64,000 nt of DNA from Myxococcota bacterium (GTDB lineage: Bacteria; Myxococcota_A; Polyangia; Nannocystales; Nannocystaceae), in the NCBI GenBank assembly GCA_039028615.1, contig JBCCHT010000002.1:64001-128000 (forward strand), read 5' to 3'. Below the pieces are notes generated by a model that did no database searches, was not told the DNA's origin, and saw only the letters and a list, made by a program, of their open reading frames with translations. Positions 29,968 to 39,110 of this stretch are shown in pieces. Within the stretch, counting starts at the first letter, position 1. Each line of letters opens with the position of its first letter. The position numbers and the translations under genes were made by a program.

Positions 29968-30582
29968 GTGCTCATGCTCGGCGCATGTGCCGTGATGTTG
30001 GCCCTGCTCTCGGCATCGGTTGCCAACGCCAGCCGGGCCAGCCTGCGCTGCATCGAAGGTCACTTGGTGGCGTACCAGGGCCGGCTGCTGCCCTGGGGCG
30101 AGGAGCCCCTCGAAGGCCTCGAGCCCCTGCCGGTCACCCCGGACGCCTGCGACGAGGAACACTTCGAGGACCGCGGTGACCTGGAGGTCCGCTACCGCGA
30201 GATTGCGGTCGGCGACGCCGACGAGGCGCTGCGCACCGAGGACCAGGAGGCGATCGAGACCTCCCTCGGTGCGCTCGACAAGCTGCCGACCGATGCCGAT
30301 CAGGGCCTCGCTCGGCGCTACCGTCAGCTCATCGAAGCGCTCTTGCAGGTCGAGGTCCAGCGCGCTCGACAGACCCGGCAGCGCGCCCTTCATCGCATCG
30401 AGCAAGCCCGCCGCGCGGGGGTCGACGAGACCACCCTGCGCGAGGCCGAAGCCCAGCTCGACCCGCCGCCCCCTTCGCGACCGACCGAGGCCGAAGCCGC
30501 CCCCGCGCCCCCGCCGGTCGAGCCACCATCGACACCGCACGAACCCGTGCTCGCCGAACCGGACTCGCCTCGCTCCTTGTGA
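29968..30582 (+). CDS. Hypothetical secreted protein with Pro-rich tail
   Basis: Signal-like N-terminus, GC3 bias, ends before a terminator. Confidence 0.65.
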   Translation: MLMLGACAVMLALLSASVANASRASLRCIEGHLVAYQGRLLPWGEEPLEGLEPLPVTPDACDEEHFEDRGDLEVRYREIAVGDADEALRTEDQEAIETSLGALDKLPTDADQGLARRYRQLIEALLQVEVQRARQTRQRALHRIEQARRAGVDETTLREAEAQLDPPPPSRPTEAEAAPAPPPVEPPSTPHEPVLAEPDSPRSL

Positions 30583-30585
30583 ATT

Positions 30586-30616
30586 GAAAAGACCGCGACC
30601 CGAAGGTCGCGGTCTT
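30586..30616 (-). terminator. Terminator between convergent genes (U-tract on the minus strand)
   Basis: AAGACCGCGACC-cgaa-GGTCGCGGTCTT, preceded by GAAAA on the plus strand. Confidence 0.8.
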
Positions 30617-30645
30617 CATCATCTCGAGCCGTACGCGGCCGAGAG

Positions 30646-32358
30646 CTACTTGCCGCCCTTGGCTCGCAGCTTGCCGATGCTGTAGCGAGCGGTCAGCACG
30701 GAGAGCTGGTACTTTGCGGGCAAGCGCGAGTCCTTCTCGTCCTTCATGATGCGCTCGATCTCGTCGACGCACTCCTGGCAGGGCTTGCCCTGCATGACGT
30801 GGGCAGTGAGCCACGCCATGGTCACGCGAGCGTCGGGGTTGCGGACCTTGTAGGCCTTGGCCAGGCTCAGCGCCGCCTTGGCGTCGCCCGACGACATGCG
30901 AGCCACGTTGACGGCCGCGACTTCACGCGCGAACCAGTCGGCGTTGCTGTCGTCGAGCACCTTCTCGTAGCAGCCCTTGTCCTTGCCGCACTTCTCGATG
31001 GTCTGGATGCCCGTGGCCCACGCCGCGGTGTTCTCCTTGACCTTCGGGTCGGCCGCAGCGGAGGCCTCGATGGCCGCCTTGATCGAGCCGACGGTATCGG
31101 CGTCGGCCGCCAGCACGCCGAAGCGCGACGCCTCCCACTGGATCTCGTGGATGAAGCTCGAGTTCTCGACCGCGTCCTGGTCGTAGACGCCGGTACGGAT
31201 CACGTTCTCGAGACACTTGGCCGCGTCGGCGCCACCGATGCGCCCCAGCGCCTCGGCCAGCGCGAACATGTCGCCGGGGTTCTTCGACCACGTCGCGCAG
31301 GCGCAGACAGCCTCGGCGCCCTTGGGGTCACCGATGAAGCCGAGCGAGTTGCCCAGCTGCGCCCGGATCTTGGCGGTGTCGATGACCGGCGCCTCTTCCT
31401 CGCCTTCGGCCGGCTTGGGCGGCTCGTAGTCGGGTGCACACTCGGCGACCGGCATTGCGGCGACGAGCTCGTCCACGCCCTGGCCGGAGCCGATGACCCC
31501 GAGCAGCGACGCGGCGTACAGCTGAATGTTGACCTGGTCGACCGAGTTGGCCGCGGCCAGCTTCTGCACCTCTTCGTGCTCCGCCTTGAGCATGGCGATG
31601 ACGCGGGGGATGGCCGCCTCGCCGATCGAGCCGATGGCGATCTTCACCTTCTCGGCGATGTTGGTCGTGGTCGGAGCGTCGGGCACCCGATAAACCGCGG
31701 TCAGCAGGGCATCGATGGCCGAGACGTCGCCGATGCGGCCCATCGCGGTGGCGACCTTGCGGTGCACGCCGACGGGCTGCTTGTCGACGGTCTGCTCGAG
31801 CGACTTGATGAGCACGGGCACTGCCTTGGGGCTGCCCAGCTCGCCCAGCGTGTCGACCATGAGGCCTCGGACCTCACCCGCCCGATCACCGCCGTCGTTC
31901 TTCGGGTCATCGACCAGCTTGCCGAACTGCTCGATGATCGTCTCGAGCGAGCCGTCGGCCTTGGCCTTGCGAACACCCTCGAGCGCCAGGAGGGTGGCTT
32001 CGCGAGCCTCCGAGCTACCGTCGAGCACGATCGCTCGGTTCCAGATCGGCGCGCAGCCGGGGTGCCCGATGTCGAGGCACAGCTGGAGCATCTTGGGGCG
32101 TTGCTCTTTGGCCTCGTCCCAGACCTCTTCAAAGACGGGCACGACCTTGTCGGCGAACTCCTGCAGCAGGTCTTCATTTTCCTGCGCGGAGGCGACGGTC
32201 TTGACGAGTGTCTCTAACCCCGAAAAGCCCTGGGGACGTTTGTCCGCGTCCTTGATCCGCTCGATGTGCGTCTCGAACTTGTTGGGATCGGGTTCCTTGC
32301 ACGCAGGCGCGGCGATGACCGCCAGCGCCAGCAGCGATGCAGCTACGAGCTTTCGCAT
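30646..32358 (-). CDS. HEAT-repeat lipoprotein
   Basis: MRKLVAASLLALAVIAAPAC signal/lipobox; HEAT-like units (TLGELGSPKAVPVL, AMGRIGDVSAIDAL, SLGFIGDPKG, ALGRIGG). Confidence 0.8.
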   Translation of the reverse strand: MRKLVAASLLALAVIAAPACKEPDPNKFETHIERIKDADKRPQGFSGLETLVKTVASAQENEDLLQEFADKVVPVFEEVWDEAKEQRPKMLQLCLDIGHPGCAPIWNRAIVLDGSSEAREATLLALEGVRKAKADGSLETIIEQFGKLVDDPKNDGGDRAGEVRGLMVDTLGELGSPKAVPVLIKSLEQTVDKQPVGVHRKVATAMGRIGDVSAIDALLTAVYRVPDAPTTTNIAEKVKIAIGSIGEAAIPRVIAMLKAEHEEVQKLAAANSVDQVNIQLYAASLLGVIGSGQGVDELVAAMPVAECAPDYEPPKPAEGEEEAPVIDTAKIRAQLGNSLGFIGDPKGAEAVCACATWSKNPGDMFALAEALGRIGGADAAKCLENVIRTGVYDQDAVENSSFIHEIQWEASRFGVLAADADTVGSIKAAIEASAAADPKVKENTAAWATGIQTIEKCGKDKGCYEKVLDDSNADWFAREVAAVNVARMSSGDAKAALSLAKAYKVRNPDARVTMAWLTAHVMQGKPCQECVDEIERIMKDEKDSRLPAKYQLSVLTARYSIGKLRAKGGK

Positions 32359-32475
32359 TGGACCTACTCCGTGCCTCCTTGTCGTACATAGGAGGCGCCG
32401 CGATGGTAACCCTGCCGCGCACGATGCGCCAGCCCCGCGAGAGGACATTTTTGGACCCAGGCCCACAAAGCGAAA

Positions 32476-32513
32476 CGCGTTCCGTCGATCTCGTTCGATC
32501 GAAGCGGAACGCG
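32476..32513 (-). terminator. Probable terminator downstream of bacP
   Basis: CGCGTTCCG-TCGATC/GATCGA-CGGAACGCG stem; minus strand continues TTTCGCTTTG. Confidence 0.5.
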
Positions 32514-32541
32514 CCTGCCGGAAGTTGATCCGGCGAAGACC

Positions 32542-33249
32542 CTAGCGCCGGTTGACGCGCCGCTTGCCCGGCTTGGGCACGCGGCCACGGGGCGGCGACT
32601 TCTTGGCCTTCTTCTTGGTCGACTTGCTCGCCTTGGGCTCTTCCTCTTCGGAGAGCGCGGCGTGCTTGACGATCACGGTGACCTCGTCGTCGGGACGGGC
32701 CGTGGACTTGGGCGCCCGGATCGCCGCCACGCGAGGCGTGGATCGCTTCGCGGTCGACGCGCGGCTCTGACTCGTCGACGAGGACGAGCTGCTGCTGCGC
32801 GAGGCCTTGGTGGTCTTGGTTTTGGTGCTCGTGCTCGACGAGCTGCTGCGGCTCGTGGTGGTGCGAGCGCGCTTGGGCGGCGCGGAGCCCCCCTCGGTCA
32901 TGGCCACATTGCCGCGGAACGCGGCCCCGTCGGCGATGATGAGCCGCGGGGCGCTGATGTCCCCGACGAGCTTGGCACCGGGCTCGAGGCTGACCGAGTT
33001 GGTCGCGCTGACGTTGCCCACGACCACGCCGCTCACGACTACGTCGCGAGCATCGATGGTGGCAACGACGACGCCGCTCTCGGCAATGTAGACGGTCTCG
33101 GTCAGCGAGATCCCGCCCTCGACGCGCCCTTCGATGCGCAGGTCTTCTTCACCGTGGATCCGGCCGTGGACATGAATGCCCTGGCCAATGACCGTGAGGC
33201 CATCGGTAGCGGGAACGGTGCCGCTGCTGTGCTGCCGCGACGACGCCAT
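32542..33249 (-). CDS. bacP: Bactofilin with Ser/Thr/Lys-rich disordered C-terminal tail (BacP-like)
   Basis: TVIGQG..GEEDLRIEGRVEG..GDISAPRLIIADGAAFRGNVAM plus ~115-aa basic tail. Confidence 0.8.
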   Translation of the reverse strand: MASSRQHSSGTVPATDGLTVIGQGIHVHGRIHGEEDLRIEGRVEGGISLTETVYIAESGVVVATIDARDVVVSGVVVGNVSATNSVSLEPGAKLVGDISAPRLIIADGAAFRGNVAMTEGGSAPPKRARTTTSRSSSSSTSTKTKTTKASRSSSSSSSTSQSRASTAKRSTPRVAAIRAPKSTARPDDEVTVIVKHAALSEEEEPKASKSTKKKAKKSPPRGRVPKPGKRRVNRR

Positions 33250-33252
33250 GCG

Positions 33253-33567
33253 CTAGCCGTCCATGTCGACGTTGCCCTTGAAGGAGGCACCGTCGGCGAT
33301 GAGGATTCGAGGGGCGCGGATGTCCCCGACGACCCGGCAGTTGCTCTTGAGCTCGGCTCGCTCGGCGGCCTGAATGTCGCCGGTGACCGTTCCGTGGATG
33401 GTGATGGTCGCGGTCTCGACGTTGGCCTCGAGGACCCCGCTCTCTTCGACCATGATGTTCTCGCGGAGGCCCACTCGCCCCTTGACGGTGCCCTGCACGA
33501 CGAGGTCTTCGTCGCCGGTGATCTCACCGTCGATGACGATGGTGCTGCCTATGACGGTATTGGCCAT
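33253..33567 (-). CDS. bacO: Bactofilin (BacO-like)
   Basis: MANTVIGSTIVIDGEITGDEDL...CRVVGDIRAPRILIADGASFKGNVDMD, close to Myxococcus BacO as recalled. Confidence 0.85.
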   Translation of the reverse strand: MANTVIGSTIVIDGEITGDEDLVVQGTVKGRVGLRENIMVEESGVLEANVETATITIHGTVTGDIQAAERAELKSNCRVVGDIRAPRILIADGASFKGNVDMDG

Positions 33568-33619
33568 TGGAATCGCTCGCGAAGGAAGCTTGGGACTGGA
33601 ATTGATGAGGAAGAACGAC

Positions 33620-33991
33620 CTAGCGCGTCAGTCCGCGCGCGAGGCCCTCGGGAAGGTCGACGTCCATCTCGACGGCGCCCTGGAACTGGGCCCCGTCGTG
33701 GATGATGACGCGAGGAGCACGGACATTGCCGGCCACATGGGCGCCCTTGTCGATGGTGATGGACTGGGAAGCCACGATGTCGCCCCGGACCTCGCCGTGA
33801 ACCTCGATGCTCTGTACATCGAGATCTGCCTCGAGCACGCCGCTCTCGGCAACGATGAGGTGTCCAGCCAGGGACACACTGCCCTCGACCCGACCTTCCA
33901 CGAGGAGGTCTTCCTCGCCGGTCAGGGTGCCGCGGACGGTGATTTGCTGGCCTAGGGTACAGGCCTCGGGACGGGGAGCAGTAGACGCCAT
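33620..33991 (-). CDS. bacN: Bactofilin (BacN-like)
   Basis: GTLTGEEDLLVEGRVEG...RAPRVIIHDGAQFQGAVEMDVDLP; first gene of the triplet. Confidence 0.8.
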   Translation of the reverse strand: MASTAPRPEACTLGQQITVRGTLTGEEDLLVEGRVEGSVSLAGHLIVAESGVLEADLDVQSIEVHGEVRGDIVASQSITIDKGAHVAGNVRAPRVIIHDGAQFQGAVEMDVDLPEGLARGLTR

Positions 33992-34024
33992 GAATGCGTG
34001 ACTTTTCCGGGGAAAGCGGGGCGC

Positions 34025-34053
34025 AGGCTAACAACCCGAATTGGGCGGGTCAA
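34025..34053 (-). promoter_or_regulatory. Sigma70-like promoter for the bactofilin operon
   Basis: Minus strand TTGACC-17 nt-TAGCCT, ~34 nt upstream of the bacN ATG. Confidence 0.6.
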
Positions 34054-34276
34054 GGCGCTCAGGACCACCCCGACAGCCGTTTTCGGCCGTTCGAGACCGC
34101 GCAGGTAGGCCTTGCTGCGAGCGCTCCCCTGATCCATGGACGAGGTGCGACACGACGTTTGGTAACCCACGCGGACCTTGTGCCGATCCCCTCCGGGATG
34201 GCGGCCCAAATCCGGTTCGCCTCTGATAAAGGTCGCCCTCTCCACTGCGGAGATCGCCCAACCCGACGAGCTACCG

Positions 34277-35692
34277 ATGAGCCCCAAGCGCCAGAGCTTT
34301 CCCCACGAGGCGATTTCCCGCGAAGAGCTCCTCGACGTGTTCATCGGGGCCGAGCGTCCCGACCCCAGCACCCACCTCATCGGCACCGAGCTCGAGAAGC
34401 TCGGCGTGTACATGCCGCCCGACGGCGGACCGCCGCAGCCGGTGAACTACGAGGAGCACGTGCTGCCCACGCTCCGGGCTCTGCACAAAGACTTCGGCTG
34501 GGAAGCGGGCAAGGACCGCGGCACCAGCGGCGAGATCGTCGAGCTCGTGCGCGACGGGGCGAGCATCACGTTGGAGCCCGGCGGCCAGCTCGAGCTGTCC
34601 GGCGCGCCGCTGACCAACGTGCACGAGACCTGCGCCGAGTTCTCGCACCACTACGACGAGCTGCACTCGGTCTCGCAATCGTTGTCGCTCGCGTGGATGG
34701 CCATCGGGCACCACCCATTCGCCACCCGCGACGAGATCAACTGGATGCCCAAGGGGCGCTACCGGGTCATGCGCTCGTACCTGCCCACGCGCGGCGGTCG
34801 GGCGCTCGACATGATGCTCCGCACCTGTACCGTGCAGGCCAACCTCGACTACGCGTCCGAGGTCCAATGTGGGGAGCGCTTCCGGCTCGCCAACGCGATG
34901 GCCCCCGTGCTCACGGCGATCTTCGCCAACTCGCCGTACCTCGAGGGGCGCTCGGCCGGGGTCGCCTCGCTGCGTAGCCAGGTCTGGCTCGACGTCGACC
35001 CCGATCGCTGCGGCGTGCCCCGCTTCGCGTTCGAGCCGTTCTCCTACGCGCGCTACGTGGACTGGGCGCTCGACGTGCCGATGTTCTTCGTCAAGCGCGA
35101 TGGCGTGTACCACCCGCACCACGTCCCCTTCCGCAAGTTTCTCGAGGACGGCTTCGTCGGCCCCGACGGCACCACGCACCAGGCCACCAGCCACGACTGG
35201 TTCCTGCACTTGTCCACCGTGTTCCCCGAGGTCCGGCTCAAGCCGCACATCGAGTTCCGCTCGGCCGACGCCGTGGGCTCGCGCCACGTCTGTGCCCTGC
35301 CCGCGCTGGTCAAGGGCATCCTTTATGACGACGACGCGGCCGGCGAGGCCTGGGAGCGCCTGTCCGGGTTCACCTACGAGGAGCGCCTCGGTCTGTGGCG
35401 CGACGCCATCGAGCACGGGCTGAAGTCCGAGACGTTACGCTCCTTGGCGCGCGTGCTGCTCGATCTGTCGCGCACGGCTCTCGATCGCGTCGACATCCGC
35501 GACGACAAGGGGCGCACCGAGGCCCGCTTCATCGATCGCCTCGAGCCGCTCGTCGACCAGGGGCACAGCCCGGGTCACGAGTTGCTCGCCGAGCTGGGCG
35601 ACGAGCCCGGTCGCGACGCCGCGGGACGCACCGCGCTGGTCAAGGCGTTCCACTTCGCCGGGGTCGGTGGTGATCCCGATGACGGCGCCTGA
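34277..35692 (+). CDS. gshA: Glutamate-cysteine ligase (plant/alphaproteobacterial type)
   Basis: IGTELEK, ITLEPGGQLELSG, WMPKGRY, MMLRTCTVQANLDY, ANSP, HLSTVFPEVRLK..IEFRSAD. Confidence 0.9.
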   Translation: MSPKRQSFPHEAISREELLDVFIGAERPDPSTHLIGTELEKLGVYMPPDGGPPQPVNYEEHVLPTLRALHKDFGWEAGKDRGTSGEIVELVRDGASITLEPGGQLELSGAPLTNVHETCAEFSHHYDELHSVSQSLSLAWMAIGHHPFATRDEINWMPKGRYRVMRSYLPTRGGRALDMMLRTCTVQANLDYASEVQCGERFRLANAMAPVLTAIFANSPYLEGRSAGVASLRSQVWLDVDPDRCGVPRFAFEPFSYARYVDWALDVPMFFVKRDGVYHPHHVPFRKFLEDGFVGPDGTTHQATSHDWFLHLSTVFPEVRLKPHIEFRSADAVGSRHVCALPALVKGILYDDDAAGEAWERLSGFTYEERLGLWRDAIEHGLKSETLRSLARVLLDLSRTALDRVDIRDDKGRTEARFIDRLEPLVDQGHSPGHELLAELGDEPGRDAAGRTALVKAFHFAGVGGDPDDGA

Positions 35693-36239
35693 GCTCGACG
35701 CGCTGACCATCGTCGAGGTCCCGGCCGGGCATCGCGGGGCCTACCAGGATTTGTTGCGCCTGGCCGACGACTCCGAGACTGCGATTGCGGGCTATCGCGA
35801 CCAGGGCCAGCTGTTCGGGTTGCTCGAGCCCGACGGCGACCAGCCGCGAGGGCACGTGCTGGCGATCCCCAACGGGGAGCCCGAGACCATCGAGCTGATG
35901 AGCATCGCGGTTGCCCCCGCTCAGCAGGGTCGTGGCCTCGGCCGACGCCTGCTCCTCGCCGTGCTCGAGCGCCTCGCGAAGCAAGGATGGCGGCGGGTCG
36001 TGGTCGCCACCGCGACCTCGAGCCTCGGAGCGATCGCCTTCTATCAACGGCTCGGATTTCGGATGCTGCGGATCGAACGCGATGCCTTCAGCCCCGCGAC
36101 GGGCTATCCCGCCGACCTACACGAGCACGGCATCCCGGTGCGGGATCGGGTGTGGCTGGACCACGAGCTCGGGATCCCGGGCGAAGGAACGGGCTCGATT
36201 TCGGGCGATTTGTCGCAGAGTCCTTGCGTCTCAGATTGA
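35679..36239 (+). CDS. GNAT-family N-acetyltransferase
   Basis: IAVAPAQQGRGLGRRLL, AIAFYQRLGF. Confidence 0.88.
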   Translation: MTAPELDALTIVEVPAGHRGAYQDLLRLADDSETAIAGYRDQGQLFGLLEPDGDQPRGHVLAIPNGEPETIELMSIAVAPAQQGRGLGRRLLLAVLERLAKQGWRRVVVATATSSLGAIAFYQRLGFRMLRIERDAFSPATGYPADLHEHGIPVRDRVWLDHELGIPGEGTGSISGDLSQSPCVSD

Positions 36240-36251
36240 CTCCACTATATT

Positions 36252-36270
36252 GATAACGACTTTCAAAATC
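36252..36270. promoter_or_regulatory. Fur-box-like site
   Basis: GATAACGACTTTCAAAATC matches 13/19 of GATAATGATAATCATTATC; lies in an AT-rich patch just before the AAAGGAG RBS of a siderophore-interacting gene. Confidence 0.65.
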
Positions 36271-36281
36271 AAAGGAGACCC

Positions 36282-37025
36282 ATGACCCAGCTCAAGCAAA
36301 AGCTCCTCAGCGGCGCGCTCACTGCCTTTGGGACCCGAACCATCGTGCACCGGGTTTGGTCTCTATCCCCCGGGATCCGCTGTATTCGCCTCTTCGGTCC
36401 GGCGGTCGAGACGCTGCGCTGGGCCCCCGGCGACAAGGTCAAGATCCACGTCGGCAGCGGAGTCATGCGCAGCTACACCCCCGCTCGCATCAACCGCGAC
36501 GAGAACTTCCTCGATGTCGTCGTGCACCTGCATGGCGGTGGCCCGGCGTCCCAGTGGGCGTCGCACCTGCAGCGGGGCGATGAAGTGCTCTTCGCCGGGC
36601 CCGCCCCCAGCATGCCCCGACGCCACGACGACCAGACGCCCTGGGCTCTGTTCCTCGGGGACGAGACCGCCTTGGGATTGGCAGTCGCCATGGTGCAGTC
36701 CTGCAGTCCCGGCACGCAGGTACTCGGGGCGATCGAGCTGGCGCAACGCGATGCTCCGGCCGTCGACGCCCTCGACCTGCCGCTGCACCCCCTCCCGCGC
36801 GACGGCGAGCACGGCAACGCCCTGGCGCAGTGGCTGGAAAACACCTGGCTCCCCCCCGACCCCGGAATCGTCTGGCTGTCGGGCGAAGCCAACGCGGTGC
36901 TGCGTCTGCGGACCGCACTGCTCGAGCGCGGCGTGACCCGCGAGCAGCTGTGCATCAAGCCGTACTGGAGTCTCCGGGGGGCCGCGCATCGCAAGCAGCT
37001 CGAGCGCGGCGCCCTCGTGGCCTAG
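36282..37025 (+). CDS. Siderophore-interacting protein (FAD-binding, ViuB/YqjH-like)
   Basis: RSYT, HGGGPASQWA, GDETALG, WLSGE, KPYW. Confidence 0.85.
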   Translation: MTQLKQKLLSGALTAFGTRTIVHRVWSLSPGIRCIRLFGPAVETLRWAPGDKVKIHVGSGVMRSYTPARINRDENFLDVVVHLHGGGPASQWASHLQRGDEVLFAGPAPSMPRRHDDQTPWALFLGDETALGLAVAMVQSCSPGTQVLGAIELAQRDAPAVDALDLPLHPLPRDGEHGNALAQWLENTWLPPDPGIVWLSGEANAVLRLRTALLERGVTREQLCIKPYWSLRGAAHRKQLERGALVA

Positions 37026-37069
37026 CCGCACCTGCACGCGGGCCCGGGGCGAGCTACCTTGGAGCCCGC

Positions 37070-37999
37070 ATGCCCCGGTCGAGCATCGAGCTGCGCCGCT
37101 TCGCCGGGCCCGACGTGTACACCCGGCAGCTCGACCACGTACGGGTCGCCCATCTCACCGATCTGCACGTCGGCCGCGTGACGCCGCACCGGGTGCAGAT
37201 GGAGGCGGTCGCCCGCACCAACGCCGAAGAGCCCGACCTCGTGGTGATCACGGGCGACTTCGTGGCGCACAGCCAGATGTATCTCGATCAGCTGGTCGAG
37301 GTCGTCGGGGCGATCGAGGCGCCCGTGCTCGGCGTGCTGGGCAACCACGATCACTGGTCGGGGGCCTCCGAGGTCCGCTGGGCGCTGCGCAAGGCCGGGG
37401 CCGAGGTGCTCGACAACGCGTGGACCTCGTTGACGCTGCGCGGGCAGACGCTTCAGGTGGTGGGCCTGGACGACGCCTATACCGGGCACGCCGATCGCAC
37501 CACCGCCATGCGAGGGCTCGACCCGCAGGTCGCGACCCTGGGCCTGTCACACATCGCCGAACAGGCCGACGCGATGTGGGACGGCGGCGTGCCCATGGTG
37601 CTGAGCGGCCATACCCACGCCGGTCAGGTCACCCTGGCGCGGCTGCACGAGTTCGTGCTCGGCCGCATCATCGGGCATCGCTATATCCACGGGCTCTACG
37701 GCAGCCGCGGCGAGCCCCGAGACGTGCGAGGGTGCGTCTACGTGGGCGCGGGCATCGGCTCCGCGGTCATGCCCGTACGCATGGGCGACCGGGCGCGACG
37801 CGAGGTCACCATCTTCGAGCTCGGGCACGACCGTCGTGACTACGAAGAGCACCACGCCGAGCAGGAGCCCGCTCCGGGGCGAGCACCCAGCCCCGAGAAG
37901 ACCCGTCAGCGTCAGCGGCAAGCGCTGACCAAGAGCAAGCGTCGGCGCGAGGCCGCCCGCAAGCGCGGCATCGATCCGCTGCGCTCGCAGGACGACTGA
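37070..37999 (+). CDS. Metallophosphoesterase (YkuE/YaeI-like)
   Basis: DLH, TGDFV, GNHD, SH, GHTHAGQ. Confidence 0.88.
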   Translation: MPRSSIELRRFAGPDVYTRQLDHVRVAHLTDLHVGRVTPHRVQMEAVARTNAEEPDLVVITGDFVAHSQMYLDQLVEVVGAIEAPVLGVLGNHDHWSGASEVRWALRKAGAEVLDNAWTSLTLRGQTLQVVGLDDAYTGHADRTTAMRGLDPQVATLGLSHIAEQADAMWDGGVPMVLSGHTHAGQVTLARLHEFVLGRIIGHRYIHGLYGSRGEPRDVRGCVYVGAGIGSAVMPVRMGDRARREVTIFELGHDRRDYEEHHAEQEPAPGRAPSPEKTRQRQRQALTKSKRRREAARKRGIDPLRSQDD

Positions 38000-38003
38000 G
38001 GCC

Positions 38004-39041
38004 TCAGCCTTCGGCCGGTCCGTCGGTCTCGCTCGTGTCGATGGGCGCCAGCTCGGCGGGCTTGAGCAGCCCCGAGTCGGCGTCGGCCTGATCGCCACCG
38101 CCCAGCTGAGCGCTGGCCAGCGCGGCCGCCCACTCGGCGGGCTCGGACTCCGCGGGCCCTTGCCCCTCATCCTCGTCCTCGTCCTCTTCGACGAGCTCGA
38201 GGTCGTCGTCATCGAGCAGCTCGATCTCTTCGATCTCCTCGATGTCTTCTTCGTCCTCTTCCTGCTCCGAGGAGACCTCTTCGTCCCCGCCCGCGACCGT
38301 CTGCTCGGTCGACGGCGAAATCTCGGCCGGGGCGGTGACCATCTCTTCGACCGACTCCGGGGCGGCATCCCCCGCGGTCAGCTGCTCGGTGAGCTCGACA
38401 CCGACCTGCGAGGGCTCGGACTCGTCGACGGCCTCCGGGGCTGCATCTTCGGATGCGGCATCGAGCGCGGGCTCGTCTTCGTCGGCGCCCGGCAGGTTGT
38501 CGAAGTCCATGTCGGCGAGCGGATCGGGCTCGGCCGGAGCCTCGGGCTCGGCGGGTGCGTCCGCCTGCTCGGCGGCCTCGACTTCATCGACCTGCTCTGC
38601 CGCCTCGGCCGGGGCGGCCTCGGTTTCGCCGTCGTCCTCGTCCTCATCCTCGATCGAGACGTCGACCTCGTCCTCCGCCTCGACGGGGGCCTGTGCCTCG
38701 GCCTGGACCGGCGAGTCCATCCCGGCATCGAGCGGAACCCGAAGCTCGCTCGACTCGAACAGGTCGCCCTCCTCGGAGGCCTCCGCGGACTGGATCAGCT
38801 CGGGCACCGCCGGGTTCTCGGCCACGGGCTCGGGGGGCGGTGGCGGCGGAGCAGCCTGCACCGGGGTCGAAACCCCGGCCCCGCCCGACACGGGCACGGC
38901 CTGGTCGAGCAACGGTCCCAGCTCGGGATCCGTGCCTACGTCTTGCACCAGTTGCTGGGCCCGGTCTCGGGCCCACTCCAGGGTCTGCTCGACGCTTTGT
39001 GCGTCCAGCCCTTCCCGTTCCAGCAGATCGTCGAGCTCCAT
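38004..39041 (-). CDS. Extremely acidic, low-complexity hypothetical protein
   Basis: 345 aa, D/E/A/P dominated, only 4 Arg + 1 Lys; follows alaS on the same strand. Confidence 0.75.
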   Translation of the reverse strand: MELDDLLEREGLDAQSVEQTLEWARDRAQQLVQDVGTDPELGPLLDQAVPVSGGAGVSTPVQAAPPPPPPEPVAENPAVPELIQSAEASEEGDLFESSELRVPLDAGMDSPVQAEAQAPVEAEDEVDVSIEDEDEDDGETEAAPAEAAEQVDEVEAAEQADAPAEPEAPAEPDPLADMDFDNLPGADEDEPALDAASEDAAPEAVDESEPSQVGVELTEQLTAGDAAPESVEEMVTAPAEISPSTEQTVAGGDEEVSSEQEEDEEDIEEIEEIELLDDDDLELVEEDEDEDEGQGPAESEPAEWAAALASAQLGGGDQADADSGLLKPAELAPIDTSETDGPAEG

Positions 39042-39110
39042 GTGAACTTGCCGCTTCGGCGCGCGAAAAACCCTACCACGACCCCAAGGCGGGGCCGATT
39101 TTGGGGCTCA

